DNA of 39,109 bases from NCBI GenBank assembly GCA_032718475.1, contig JAUCBJ010006284.1, positions 1 to 39,109 on the forward strand, in the 5' to 3' direction. Position numbers and translations under genes: made by a program. A model generated the notes under the pieces. It worked only from the letters and a program-made list of their open reading frames with translations, was not told where the DNA came from and did not search any database. Position 1 is the stretch's first letter; every line of letters starts with the position of its first letter. This DNA is from Nemertoderma westbladi (Eukaryota > Animalia > Xenacoelomorpha). Positions 23,680 to 36,635 of the stretch are shown one piece after another.

Positions 23680-24482
23680 GGCCGGGGGGGGGGGGGGGGG
23701 GGGCGTATTTCCAAACCTTGCACGTAGGAAAAAATCGTGTAAGGAATGGAGATAGGGGTCGAACTAGTGTAAGAGTTTTATACTCAAATTGCAGGCAGAA
23801 AGTGTTCCAAACGGTGTAAGGAATGGAGAAATTGGGTGAAATCATGTAAGGGTTATTACACCAACAGTATTATAACATTGGGATATGGTTTATACAGGGC
23901 TGCATGATCTGCCCCCACACATAAGGACCACACTGCGCACAATATTGTGCTTTGGCAGTCCCATAGAGAAAATAAGCATGATGGAAAGCTCATGACTTTC
24001 TTAAGACGCCTCCTAAAGGACACTGGCCTTGAAGATGCAGCTAATCTCGCGAAAGACATGGGGATAGGGAATTGTGGCGGTGCAACTTTGTTGATAAGCC
24101 GGCATAGAATTCTTAATGTACGCTGCATTTGGCTTGCCAATTGTGGATTGCATGGTTGTGGCAAAATACTTTTGCCAAGCTGGCATAGCATCTCATGTGC
24201 AGTTTCAATGCAGCAGGCCGATTATAGTACGGTACAGTTGTAGTAATTGCTTATGAATAGTCCGTCTGCTATTCGTGTGCATCAAACTGCACTAGCGTGC
24301 CATCTAGAGATGTAGAGGTTTTAAGAGTTTATTTTATTTGGACGTTTGGAGCACAGTTGGACCCCTCTTTCCATTCCTTACATGATTTCAACATCCAATC
24401 AAATAATAACTCATTAACCAATCCCAGGTGTTAATGCAAGAGGTGGTCCTAGTAGTGTAAGGATTGGGAATACGCGCCCGCC
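23680..24482. mobile_element. Non-autonomous TIR DNA transposon nested in the left arm
   Basis: GGGCGTATTTCCAAACCTTGCAC versus inverted GTGTAAGGATTGGGAATACGCGCCC. Subterminal ATCRTGTAAGGAATGGA..AGGGGTC is inverted at ~23734 and ~24360-24386. Confidence 0.7.
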
Positions 24483-24792
24483 TTAATTTGGTCATTAGTC
24501 TGTATCTTTGAGTAAGGTTTGTTTGGAAAACCGAGCTTTCGTGACTTTTCCCCCAACACACCTCAGTAACGTGGTCCTTTACTAACCTGCTCCTTTAAAT
24601 AGCAATGGGACTTATCGCTCTTATGGACCTAACGCGACTTCACCTCTTTGTTTTGTACAGAACAGGCAGTAAAGTCTTGGATCTTTGCTTTGTACTCAAC
24701 CGGCAGATACATGCTGGTGGTTTACAATTGCAATACAGCTGAGATAGAGAGAGAGAGGATAGATTATGGAGTTGGTAGAATATGCATCCAAT

Positions 24793-26244
24793 CCATAGCA
24801 CTAATGTTAGCAGCATCCAAGATATGGGAGCGCTGGGTTTTGTCTAGGATCCAGCCCTGGTATGAGTCCATTCTCGATAACTGTCAAGTTGGCTTCCGTA
24901 AAGCACGGCAACTATCAGAACATGTGCTCTCATTAAAACTGTTGGGTCAGCAGCCCTGTGCTGCGGGTGAGACAATTTATGTTTCATATGTAGACCTAAC
25001 TGGTGCCTACGATTATGTACACAGGGAACTAGTTTTTAGAATTCTGCTGCATGAGGGTCTTCCGGTAATTTATGTAAATATGTTCCGTGCATTCTATGCC
25101 ATAAACACATTTTGTGTACGCATTGCTGGGACCATTAGTTCGTTCTATAGAACTGGGCGTGGGGTTTTACAAGGATCTGTGTGTAGCCCTTTGCTATTTA
25201 ACATTTTCTTGAACTGCATTATTGCCGAGGTAGCTAGAAGATGTAAAGTTAAAGGAGTTTTTCGTCGTCGCTTTCGCTTTGCATTGCTGAGATGGCCCCC
25301 CATTGGCGCTGAGCTACTCCCTTTCTACATACGATGGCTGTTATACGCCGACGATATAGCGTTGCTGTGTGAAACAAAAGATGACTTAATAGAAGTACTA
25401 ACGTGCCTAGATTCTGTGTTATCTGAATACCAAATGATATTGTCTGTTGACAAAACCGAGTGGTCTGTATATGGTCCTAATGCAGAAACCATTGATAAGT
25501 CACCTATTACTATTCCTAGTGGAATAATTAAATTCACTTCTCAGTTCCGCTACCTTGGATGCGAGCTACCAACAAACTTAGATGAAATGTCTGATGTAAC
25601 TTCCCATATTGCTAAGGCAAATCAGGCCTTTGGACAACATAGACAAATCCTATACAACTGATCACTGTCATACAAGCAGAGATACAACCTATTTCTATCA
25701 CTAGTGATGCCGGTAGCCCTCCATGGTGCCGATACGCATACTCTGAGAGTCCCCCTTCTGAGAAAGTACCTTGTATTTGAGAATCGCTGTATGAGACGGA
25801 TCCTTGGTGTCCGCCTCATAGATCGGGTACCTATTGCGACTCTTCGGCAGAGATGCGGTGTATCCCTGTCAATAGTTCAACGCATCAGGATACGGCGCAT
25901 GAACCTAATAGGCCATGTGCTCAGACATGACATCCCCTGCCGAGATCTACTCTTCGCCCGGGCGAATGGTAATAACCTAGGTAGACACCTCTGCTATATA
26001 CATGACGCCAGCAAGGATATGTCTGATACTATCGGGTCCCACAGTCAGTCACTCATAGACAATCGATCTAAATTTCGGTCTGCAGTACGGAACTGGGGAA
26101 CTAAATTGGACTCAGAGGGGCAACGTTTCACCTGCCCCCATTGCAACAAAAAATATACTTCAGTATTGTGGTTCAACCGTCATTGTGCGAAGTGCAACTA
26201 GCTAGACCCTAACTCATTCGTGGGTGTGTAGGGAATATTATTAT
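24793..26244 (+). mobile_element. 5'-truncated RTE-like non-LTR retrotransposon: RT + C-terminal zinc finger, one in-frame TGA at 25659-25661
   Basis: QVGFRKAR, YVDLTGAYDYV, GVLQGSVCSPLLFNIFL, LLYADD, FRYLG. ORFs 24648-25661 and 25704-26201 are in the same frame. It ends in CPHCNKKYTSVLWFNRHCAKC, a short 3' UTR and a TATTATTAT tail. No endonuclease. Confidence 0.9.
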
Positions 26245-29200
26245 CCAAAGCCAACTACCAAGCGTATATTTAGTATCCATCATCAATGTACCTTCTCCCA
26301 TTATACTGTAGGTCTGTCTGTTAGATGAAGAGGATGTGATAATACCTGATTGGATGCATGTTCTTCCAGCTCCATCATCAATCCTCTCTCTCTCTCTCTG
26401 CTGTATTGAAATTGTACTACGTCATTTAAACCACTAACATATCTGCCTACAAAATAAACTTCATAGCATTGAGTTGTACAAATTCAAGTAATGCACCAAA
26501 TGGATGGAGGCGGAATTGGAATGAACTGATGCACTTGACACCTCAGATGATGAAGATGTTGTCTAATACAGCAACAATTGTATCACAGACATTACCTACT
26601 CGACTAAGATTACTCTGTTTGCTCGGTTGACATTATCGCTTACCAATTAAGAATATGTACATACATAATTATGTATTTATTATTAAATAAAGAGGATTTA
26701 GTATTCAAAAATGTTATTATCGATGGAATCATCTTTGCAGAAATCATCTAGGAAAAATTATGATAAATATATAAATTGAAGTGAATATACTAAAATAACT
26801 AACCTCTCTTTTGTGGTAGGTGTCAAGTCATTTGTTTGTGTCATATCTGATTCAATTGCATCTGTAGTTGTAGTCATGGTAACCTGTGAAGGAGTGTTGT
26901 CTGAAATGCCATTTAGATGTCACTTGTCATTTTAAAGTGATTTGTAGTCACATCTGATTGTTTTTTATTGACATAAATATTTGTTAAAGTCATTATTTTG
27001 AAACAGAGTGGAATGAGATTGAAATGATGAAAAATAAAAATATTTCAAACATGGGTATATCTTTGGAACCATATATCACCGTTATAACAAAACAGGTTTA
27101 GCTCTCAGTATACCAAAATTTTCCAAAACTAATATTCAATAAAATGTGGTAATTTGTTTTTAACATAATGGTATTGTTCTAGAGTGGTAGCTATTTTTCT
27201 AAAACATGTCAGTTTTCATTTAGCAGCATTCCCATGGTAACAATAATTATATTCCAGAATTTTATGTCACATTTATAATTGTTAGACCAGTAGCTATCTT
27301 TTTCAAAAGATGCGATGAATTTATATTGAGTTATTAGAATACTACAGCATGTTTGTTGTTTTACCATTTCCATGACAACCGGCGATAACACCAAGTCAGC
27401 TACCGATTCAGATTTGTTATCATATCAAAATGAATGGCCAGAAGCTAGGTCTTCCCAAAAATATAAGTTCCGGGTGGTTACCAAAAAGTATCCCCTATGC
27501 TGGCTGGCCCATGGACTAATATGCGAAGCACAGTATTACAATTAATTGATTGCACTTATCATTGGTCTAACAGCACAAATACCGCCACTTGATTCAGGGC
27601 ACCTTGTTACCCATTATCCGATTGTTTCTAGCCCAACAATTTTTTCGCGCACCAACCCTTTAAGCTTCAGAGTTTTGGGATAGCAGGAAATGTATTAAAT
27701 GGGTTTCGGTGTTTTTTAACAGGTAGAATTCAACACATAAAAATTAGAAATAGTTTCTCCAAATACAAGGGGGTGAAATCTAGGTGGTAGTGGTGAGGTT
27801 GAGCAAACATGTTCCAAGCGTATTAAAGTTTTTCTAATTAGGAATGTCAGGTGTCACAATACAGCTTTCCTTAGAAAGAAAGTTGTAATTAGTGGCCGCT
27901 CTACCTACAGTAGCATTGAGTCATTATGATAAAAATCATTATAATAAAACAGTACAGTTTTCTTGATTACATTACGCTCTCTATTCTCTGACGGATGATT
28001 TTCAGCCGGTCCGCGCACAGCAACTGTACTCTCTAAAAGGCAGTGGATTAAACCGTTACAGCTTAAGTTAAATTTTAAAAGTGAAATTTTAGAAGTATTT
28101 TGTACTTTCTTTCAAGGGGGTGGGCTATATGGAATGAATTACCTCTCGAAATTAAAAATGCAAAGACCAAAAAGTCACTTGTTATTCTCCTAAAAAATAA
28201 ATATCTTGAATCTCTAATATAACTGTTCCCCATCAACTCCGACTACACCGAATTATTTTATTATCATACATTTCTCGTATTTACCTTTATACTAATAAAT
28301 ATGAACTATTAACTACATCGTACGATTTTTTTCTCTTGCTTCAATTCTGACTCGTACTCCTCCTGTAGGTAAGTCAATGCAGGTTCAACCGTATACATTA
28401 GCTAATTTCAATATCATTCAAAAAATTAAATTAAGTTCAATTAAAATTAAAAATTTCAACAAACTTGATGCTATCGAGTCCCCCCCCCCCCCCCCCCCCC
28501 ACCCAGCCCCCTAATTCGCCCCCCCCCCTCCCTCCAACCCACCCCCCCCCCCCCCCACTGCCAACCCGATGTTGTGTTATAATCTTTATTTTACTCAAAC
28601 GGTCACTAAACTAGCCTTGCTACAGTTCACCGTTCGAGTACCTACAACGTAAATCTGTAAAATAGTTGACTATACCACGTCTAATTGCCATTGTGCTTCC
28701 ATATTGTAATATCTGTAAATTTATCGGGTTGCGCATTTATCTGACTTCCATTTTTTTGACGTTCATTTCTGACTTCTATTTCTTTTTTTCGGAGTTCCTT
28801 TTTTCTGGCTTCAGGTTTCAGAATTCTGTTTCTGACTTCAATTTCTCTATGCGTTATACAGTAAGATTTATATTATAATCATATACTATTACTGTCAGTG
28901 ATTAAACTTATAATTATATATTTCTTACATTTTGAATTCAGTCTATAGGACTTCTTGTTATATATCTTACTAATTATAAATAATTAATGTAGTTTAATTA
29001 CTGTTTGAAATATAAATTTAATAAATTGTGTGTTGTAACTCAAATAATGATGATATAAAGTTTATATATTTAAACGTTTGGTAAATGTTATATTATACGT
29101 TTGTTATAACAGTTAGGTAGGTTAGTCAACATAAACACACATAGATAGATAGATATAGAGAAGATAGATTAAAGAAATATATATATTTGTTCAATAAATT

Positions 29201-29304
29201 TAATTAAGAGCTCATTGATTACAATCTGATTTTAGTAGGCTATACCTGCTATAATTTTCGAACAATAATGACAGTTATGAATACCGTAATATTTGTTTTT
29301 GCAG

Positions 29305-29378
29305 TTACAATATTTGTTAGTGTCTGCGCAAATAAAGGTAATAATAACCTTGGCATGGCGCACACATCTGGAAGAAGG
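29305..29378 (+). other. Candidate exon of a second + strand gene
   Basis: TTTGTTTTTGCAG acceptor and AGG|GTGAGT donor around an open frame (..VSVCANKGNNNLGMAHTSGRR); strong upstream donor TAG|GTAAGT at 28369. Confidence 0.35.
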
Positions 29379-30984
29379 GTGAGTAATTGTAATCGATTTC
29401 TCGCACCTCTGTAGGCAAACATATAAAAATATACTCCTTCATGATTCTGATTTTAGAAATGCAATAATCACTACATAATTATCCCCCCCCCCCCCCCCCC
29501 ATTTCTCACCGCAATATCCCTTCTCCGTCCACAACCATCCAGTCACCTTTTCACCCTTCACTCACCCTACCAACCACAATATTGCTAGCTTCCCTACAAG
29601 CTACTGCCTTCCAATAAGAGAGTGCCCTATACAAACACTCCCATCCTTCTCTCATTGGACCCTCACTATGCTGACATTCCCTTCTACCTTATTGTATCAA
29701 ACCCACCCAGTTATTAACAATGGAATATTTTGTAACTAATAAAACTCTCATTGCGTTTCCCTAAATCAATTCCACTTAAAACTCTATGAATTACTATTGG
29801 CAGTAACCGGTTATTGGTCAGTTTAACAAACCCATATTAATAATATTTTACATGTGTTTAACGCAAACCACTGCATAGGAAAGACAAATTAATGATTAGG
29901 TGATAATTAGGGGTCAACTTCATATTGACCCCGCACCGGGTATAAAAATGGCCACATTTGGATGGAAAAGTCAGTCACAAACCAGCCTTAGTATATGGCC
30001 ACCTCAGCAGCTAATCTAGGCGCTGTTGTTCGATATTGGACCTACTTTGATCCATTACCACATACTCCTGGCGTCGTAGGTATGGCTACCGCTGAGGACT
30101 GAGCTTTGGCTAACCAGCCCAGAGAGCTAACAAACTCAGTCCGCTGTCTGCTTGGTTCGTCCCAGGATCGACCATTCAGTTTAGAGGGCAGAGTAGCAAC
30201 GTTCCCATAGGCTTTGACTCTGTCACTTATGGTGGTGCTTGTGCAATCTGTCCACAGGCTAGACAGTTCGTTCCAGGCTCGCCAGGACCAACGGTATAGT
30301 TTTGAGGGCAAAGTAACAGCTAACCGTTTGGGTCCAGCAATCCCACCCCTGCCCTGTTTATTAGCCTCAGACGGTAACCTGGTGTTCTGCACTATCACCA
30401 AGTTCCAATAGCATGAAGTTACACCAAGTTTAGTACGACAAAAACGATTTTCCACGATTTTCCAGACTTTTCACGACAAAATACAACTTTTCACCATTTT
30501 GTATTATACTTTTTCAGAGTATATTTAGCATAACGAAATGACTAAAAATACAGTATTTTTCTGTATTTTGAACAATATTTTCAGTTGTATTATTTTGAGG
30601 CTATACTTTGGATCCTAATGGACCGAAATCACCCTGCACCCGGTTCTCTTTTTCCTCATCTTGGAAAGAACAGATATCACTGTTTTGTTTGTGGATGTCT
30701 GTAAATAACAAGTCATTGAAGGACCATGTACTAGTGGGAAATATTTTATGACAGTAGTGATAGCCAGAAACCAAAACAATAAGGTGAAAGAAAGCACTTT
30801 TTGGAAACCTTAGAGATACAAAGCCGTTTTAGGGAGATTATCGTGCCAGAGGCACGAGAAATCCATTACAGTAATAGGATAAGTGATAACAAAAGGCAAT
30901 GTCATTTGGTTTGGTTATAATCCAGGACTGCAACCAAAAAATATATATAATAAGAAACAATAAGGAATTTATTGGGCCGAAGGA

Positions 30985-31143
30985 TGTTAATATCTATGAT
31001 ATGTGTAAAATGTATAATTGTAGTAATGTGTGCAACGAACAAGTTCTAGAATAGTTAGTTTTAATATATTCTGGATTGTATTGTGTGAAAGTGTTTGTTT
31101 GTAATAAATAAGCGTTGTGGTATAGCAGTATTTAGTATTAACA
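30985..31143 (+). repeat. 5' LTR (159 bp)
   Basis: TGTTAATA...TATTAACA 8-bp terminal inverted repeat, internal AATAAA; the first 50 bp match 36636-36685 at 49/50. Confidence 0.92.
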
Positions 31144-31144
31144 A

Positions 31145-31156
31145 TGGTAGCAGAGC
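31145..31156 (+). promoter_or_regulatory. Primer-binding site complementary to the initiator tRNA-Met 3' end
   Basis: TGGTAGCAGAGC, 1 nt after the LTR, is the PBS known for GalEa Copia elements. Confidence 0.9.
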
Positions 31157-31192
31157 GTACCGACCAATCTTAATCCCTCTTTTTAGCGTTAA

Positions 31193-31907
31193 GGGGGGGG
31201 GGGGTACACCATTTTGGTCCAAAATATGTCGAAATTTTTTTTATTGTCTATTATAATGCACCATTGAATGGTCTTTCCAAATCTGAAAACCGCTATTTAA
31301 TAGCTCTTTTAGTTTTCAAGTTATGTAAATTTCCATTTAGAGAGTCCTATTGAAATTACTATTACTATGTATAATGGAAGGTCGATTATCTCCAAATATT
31401 TTTTTCATGAAATTGTCAACTTCAAAACCCTACTACTTCTACAATTTTTGAATAATTAGTCTGAAACTTTCTGTGGGTGTCTACATAGCCACCCTGCATA
31501 AAAGTATCAGACAACTTTTCGAAATTTTTTGTTAATAAAATTTAATACTATTTATAAAAAAGCTAAAAATTAGCATAAATTTGCAGCGCCACCTAGCGGT
31601 GCAGAATTATTTTCACAAAATTTCACCTGATAGTTATGTTGCCCCATCTTTGATCTATCATATAAAAAAACTTTCATGTGATTAGGTTCAAAACTGTAAA
31701 AGCCTTAGGGTTTTAAGCGCAACCAAGTTTTTTTTTATTGTTAACTAGTATTAACTAATATTAAATAGCGAAAAAATTTTTTTTTCTGACCTGTCATGTA
31801 GAATAGCATCTTAGCATCTATATGCCAAATTTTAGCCAAAACCAAGCAATTTTGAAACGCTGAGAGTGATAAAACGAAGAGTTGTCCGAAAATGGTGTAC
31901 CCCCCCC
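31193..31907. mobile_element. Kolobok-type MITE inserted in the Copia 5' leader
   Basis: TTAA on both sides (31189-31192, 31908-31911); TIR GGGGGGGGTACACCATTTT / AAAATGGTGTACCCCCCCC. TTAA TSD with 5'-RR termini fits Kolobok rather than piggyBac. Confidence 0.85.
31583..31602 (-). promoter_or_regulatory. CTCF-like motif inside the MITE
   Basis: Minus strand CACCGCTAGGTGGCGCTGC closely matches the CTCF core CC(A/G)CNAG(A/G)(G/T)GGC(A/G). Confidence 0.5.
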
Positions 31908-32015
31908 TTAAAAGAAAAGATAGTTTATTGCGTAAATTCGCACTCAGTATTGCGTAGCGTGGAGGCATTGCGAAATTTACTATCGTGTTGGTATGTAAAA
32001 AAAATACATGTTGAT

Positions 32016-35000
32016 ATGGCATTAAGATTGAATCCACCTGAGTTTAAGAAAGACTCAAAGAGTTATGAGCGTTACAAACGAGAACTATTAGCTTGGCGAG
32101 AAATAACTGATCTTCCTAAATCTATACAGGGTATAGCTATTGCATTATCCCATCCAGAAGAAGGGGATTCTAAGATTAGAGAGAAAGTATTCGATGAGAT
32201 TTCCATTGAAGATTTAAAGGGCGAGGATGGACTAGGTGAACTTATAAAGTACCTAGATGAGAAGTTAGGTAAAGACGATTTAGAAGATTGTCTAAAAAAG
32301 TTTGAGGACTTCGAATATTTCCATCGAGACGAGATCTGCAATATATCAGATGTTTCAATGTTTGATCAGAAATATCAGCGAATAAAGAGAATTTGTATGA
32401 GTCTCCCTCCAGAAATTTTGACCTTTAAATCATTAAATTAAATGTTAGTATTAATAAAATGTTAGTACTCACCGGAATGGATTATTCTCAGAAGGTGACA
32501 TTATATGATCAAGCACAAAAGTCTTTAAAAAAATTAATTAGCAAGGGAACATCCGGATTACAAAGTGCGGCCATTAAACTTGAACCAACCTTTCTTGCCC
32601 AAAATGAAGAGGCACTAGCGGCTGCTGGTTACTATCATTCCTCTAGGAGTAGCCCTAATTGGCAATTGGTGGTGGTAGAGTTCGGAGGGATGTTGGACAT
32701 TTTGATTCCACAAGGCGGTATGTTCCTCCCAGTTATAAGAAAGGTACTGGTAATTTGGGCTGTTCAGGTCACCGAATTAGTGCAGTTTGAGCCCAAGACA
32801 GGAAAGTGAATCCCGCTGGTACTGATGGAAAACCTCTTACTTGTCGCTGCTGTGGTTCATTTCGACATCTTTTAAGAGATTGTCCTGATAGTTGGGAAAA
32901 TCTGGAGAAAGTCCACTACACTAATAATGATCACACATTTCACGATTCCAGGATGCCTGCAGAACTAAACCTGTCTGAAAAGACGACCCCCATCGGAAAT
33001 ATTGGAGGAGTATGATTGTGAAGATGTTCTGCTAAGTGTGTTCACTACGACCTCATCATCCACTAAGATTTATCAACTTGGCGTTGAAGCTTCCAATTGT
33101 GCTGTATTGGATAGCGCCTGTACCAGCACTGTATGTGGAAAGGATTGGATCAACAACTACATTTCCAGTTTATGCAATACTTACAGATCCAAAATTCAAT
33201 TGAATGAGGGTCACAAAATATTCAAATTTGGTGGCGGCACCAAGCTGAGATCAATTTCTGAATGTTTAATTCTAGCTTTTATAGCCGGGCGGGATGTTCA
33301 AATTCGAACAGATGTTGTAGAATCCGATATTCCACTACTCCTTTCCAGGGAATCTATGAAGCGCGCACAAATGACTTTGGACTTGAATTCTGATGAAGCC
33401 ACAATTTTTGGCAGACGCATATCTTTAAATACTACATCAAATGGACATTACTGTATTCCAATTATGAAAGATATACCAGAAAATTACGTCCATGCAGTTA
33501 ACTTTACTGCAATGGATGACAAGCACCTTCATCAAACTATTCTGAAATTACACCGTCAATTTGCTCATCCATCAGCCAAAAACTGATAAATCTCCTAAAA
33601 GATGCTAAGGTATGGCAAGATAGTTGTAAACCTATAGTTGACGATATTGTAGAACATTGTGAAGTTTGTAAGCGATTCAAAAAATCTCCACCGATTCCCA
33701 TTGTTGGACTACCAATGGCAAATGAATTTAATCAAGTTGTGGCTATCAATCTTAAGGTTTGGGAAAAACAGTGGATACTCCATATGGTAGACGTATGGTC
33801 TCGCTATACTGTATCCGTCTTCTTTTCAAGTAAATTACCTTGTGTCATTGTTGATAAAATGATGACTAACTGGCTTTCCATTTTCGGTATTATGGGCGGT
33901 ATAATGAGTGATAATGGTTGGGAATTCAACTCAGATGAAATACGGGAAGTAGCTTCAATATTAAATGTAAATTTACATACCACAGCTGCTCAAGCACCTT
34001 ATCAAAATGGGTTATGTGAGCGAAATCATTCTATTACAGACCATATGCTCAGTAAACTTAAAGAGGATAATCCTCAGATCTCAGAACATATCTTATTGCC
34101 TTGGGCAAATATGGCTAAAAACTCTCTCCAGATGTGGAACGGTTTCAGCAATCATCAACTTGTGTTCGGCAAAAATCCTAAATTACCATGTACTATGACT
34201 TCAAATCCCCCAGCACTGGAAGGTTCAACCACAAGTAAAGCATTTGCTAACCATTTGAACGCCCTTCATGCAACTAGAGAAGCTTTTCTACAATCTGAAG
34301 CTGATGAGCGTATTTGTAGAGCTTTGAGACATAAAGTACGAGCATTAGAACAGACTTTTCAGAATGGCGATCTTGTTTATTATAAACATGATAGTAAAGA
34401 TAGATGGCTGGGCCCTGCCAAAGTGGTTTTTCATGATGGCAAGGTGGTGTTCGTGTGTCACGGAGGTGTATTCATTCGTCTTTCTGCTAATCGTCTCATT
34501 GCTATCAATTCACTTGAACAAATTCCAGCAGTTCAAGTTCCTGATGAGTTCAAGCCAGAGGCAGTTTCCAAACTTGTGAATAACAATTGTGGCACAATAA
34601 GAAATACAGCAGCTCTGACACCAGTATTAAAGCATACTGTAAACACCAGTTCAACTGGAATCAACAATTGCGGTCTTCAGGAAATGATCTCGACAATTAT
34701 GCCATCTAACAAAGACACAAATGTAGACAATAACTCAGACAATCTAAAGTCCAAACAAAAATCCACAAATAACGTGAACTCGAACTCCTTGCCACATTCA
34801 GCACAATGTATTAAATTTCTTGATCATGACACACAGCAATGGCTTACAGCGACTGTTATGGGTCATGCTGGTAAAGCATCAGGAAAGTATAGGGATTGGT
34901 TTAACGTGGAGGAGTCTAATGGAGTTTAGAGGTGCATCAACTTTGGTTCTAACCCTTGGATCCAAGGTGATGTGACTAATGAAGTAAATTTAGTTCTCAT

Positions 35001-36495
35001 TCCCAGAAAAGAGCAGTCTTCTCCTGAGTGCCAACAAGCAAAATTAGTGGAGCTACAAAAATTGAGAGATTTTGAAGTCTATCAAGAGCTACCTTTCAAC
35101 GGACAACCATGCATATCGACGCGGTGGGTTCTATGGCATAAGGGAACAGAGATTCGTGCTCGTCTAGTTGCCAGAAGATTTGAAGAGCAAATTGAGGTAG
35201 CTACAAACTCCCCTACAGTTGCAAAATGTACACTTCGCACATTTTTGGCTATCGTTTCCAGTAAAAAATGGGTTCTAAAAACAACTGACATAAAATCTGC
35301 CTTTCTTCAAGGTGAATCCCTAGTACATGATGTCTTCCTCAATCCACCCCAGGAGGCTGATGCGCCGTTGGGATATATTTGGCGATTAAATTAGTGCTTG
35401 TATGGTTTGAATGACGCAGCTCGTCAGTTCTACAATAGCGTGGTAGAAGAGATGTTGACCCTCGGTTGCAGCCAATCTCCATTAGACCCTGCTCTATTTT
35501 ATTTTAGAGAGGATGGCAATCTTTGTGGTATTCTAGACTCACACATTGACGATTTCCTGCATGCAGGAAATCAAAACTTCGAGTCAAAAGTTATACAGAA
35601 TCTCACCAATAGATTTCTTGCGGAAAAGGAAGCAGCTCATAAATTTACTTACGTTGGTTTTGAATTATGTCAGCTTCCTAATGAGATAATTTTAAACCAG
35701 GAATCATACTTAAAGAATATTGAGATAAAGGATATACCATTATCCTTGAGCAAGTCGACAAAAAATGAAAATTTAGGCCCATCTGACCTTACCATGTACC
35801 GGTCTCTAGTTGGTAAACTTAATTGGCTCGTGCAAGGGTCTCGCCCAGACTGGTTCTTTGAGCTAATAGATCTTAGCACACACTTCAGGGATGCTCGAAT
35901 GGAACACTTATTGCGAATCAGAAAAATTTTGCTAAATGTCAAAGATAGAAATGCTTTCATTGTGTTCCCAAACTTAGGTAACCCAATCAATTGGTATCTA
36001 ATTTTATTTACTGATGCTTCATTAGCTAATCTAGCAGACGGAATGAGCAGTACTATGGCATTTGTTCTGTATCTAGTTGGCATAGATATTCGCTCCTGTC
36101 CTCTTTCTTGGAATGTTTGCAAGATTAAACGCGTTGTCCAGTCTACGATAGCTGCAGAGGCGTTAAGTCTTCAAGAAGGTCTAGAGCAATCGATATACAC
36201 AAGAGGTGTCATTAGAGAAATAATTGGTGATGGTGATTCTTTAAAGATACCCATCCGTGCGTAGGTCGACAACAAGAGTGTCGTTGAAGCCATTCACTCC
36301 ACGAAATTGGTTGATGACAAGCGACTATGAATCGATATTGGGGCTATAAAACAATCCCTAGAGAAGGGTGAAGTTGAATATGTGCGTTGGTGCCCAGGTT
36401 CCATGCAAATAGCAGATTGTTTGACAAAAAAAGGTGCATCCGGATTTCATCTCCTGGAGAGTATACAACATGGTCGAATTGACTTTCTACGATAA
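32016..36495 (+). pseudogene. Copia/GalEa gag-pol polyprotein with multiple stops and frameshifts
   Basis: Gag PPEFKK..SYERYKRELLAW and CRCCGSFRHLLRDC; protease VLDSACTSTV; integrase HRQFAH..CEVC, SDNGWEF, NGLCER; RT DIKSAFLQG, YGLNDAAR, HIDD; RNase H TDAS, IADCLTKKGA. Confidence 0.93.
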
Positions 36496-36635
36496 TGTAA
36501 CGATTCGTCAGTAGACTATGTTTTAAACCATTGGAGTATAACACACATGTGATTGATATTTAGAACAACAAAAAAAAAACATAATTTATACTAATCTATG
36601 ATTGAATCTGTCTAAAAAAAAAGTATTTGTATTAA

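Larger units (their letters stand above)
23296..27518. mobile_element. Fold-back DNA element with long inverted arms, Academ-like termini and a possible 3-bp TSD (ATA)
   Basis: Inverted matches: 23296-23337/27477-27518 (TAGTCCATGGGCCAGCCAG.ATAGGGGATACTTTTTGGTAAC), ~23355-23670/26683-26990 and ~24702-24793/26349-26448. ATA at 23293-23295 and 27519-27521. Confidence 0.7.

Noticed and set aside
24648-24792. N-terminal part of the 337-aa RT ORF
   Set aside because: From ~24702 it is inverted-arm sequence (it matches 26349-26448) and none of it shows RT homology; the frame is open by chance.
12966-29500. Long poly-G/poly-C runs (about 12966, 16419, 23684, 28480, 29483) as G-quadruplex elements
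   Set aside because: Simple homopolymers, several at MITE ends; their lengths are unreliable and there is no evidence of function.
31866-32015. ORF-track start of Copia gag
   Set aside because: It begins inside the MITE; the likely gag start is the ATG at 32016.
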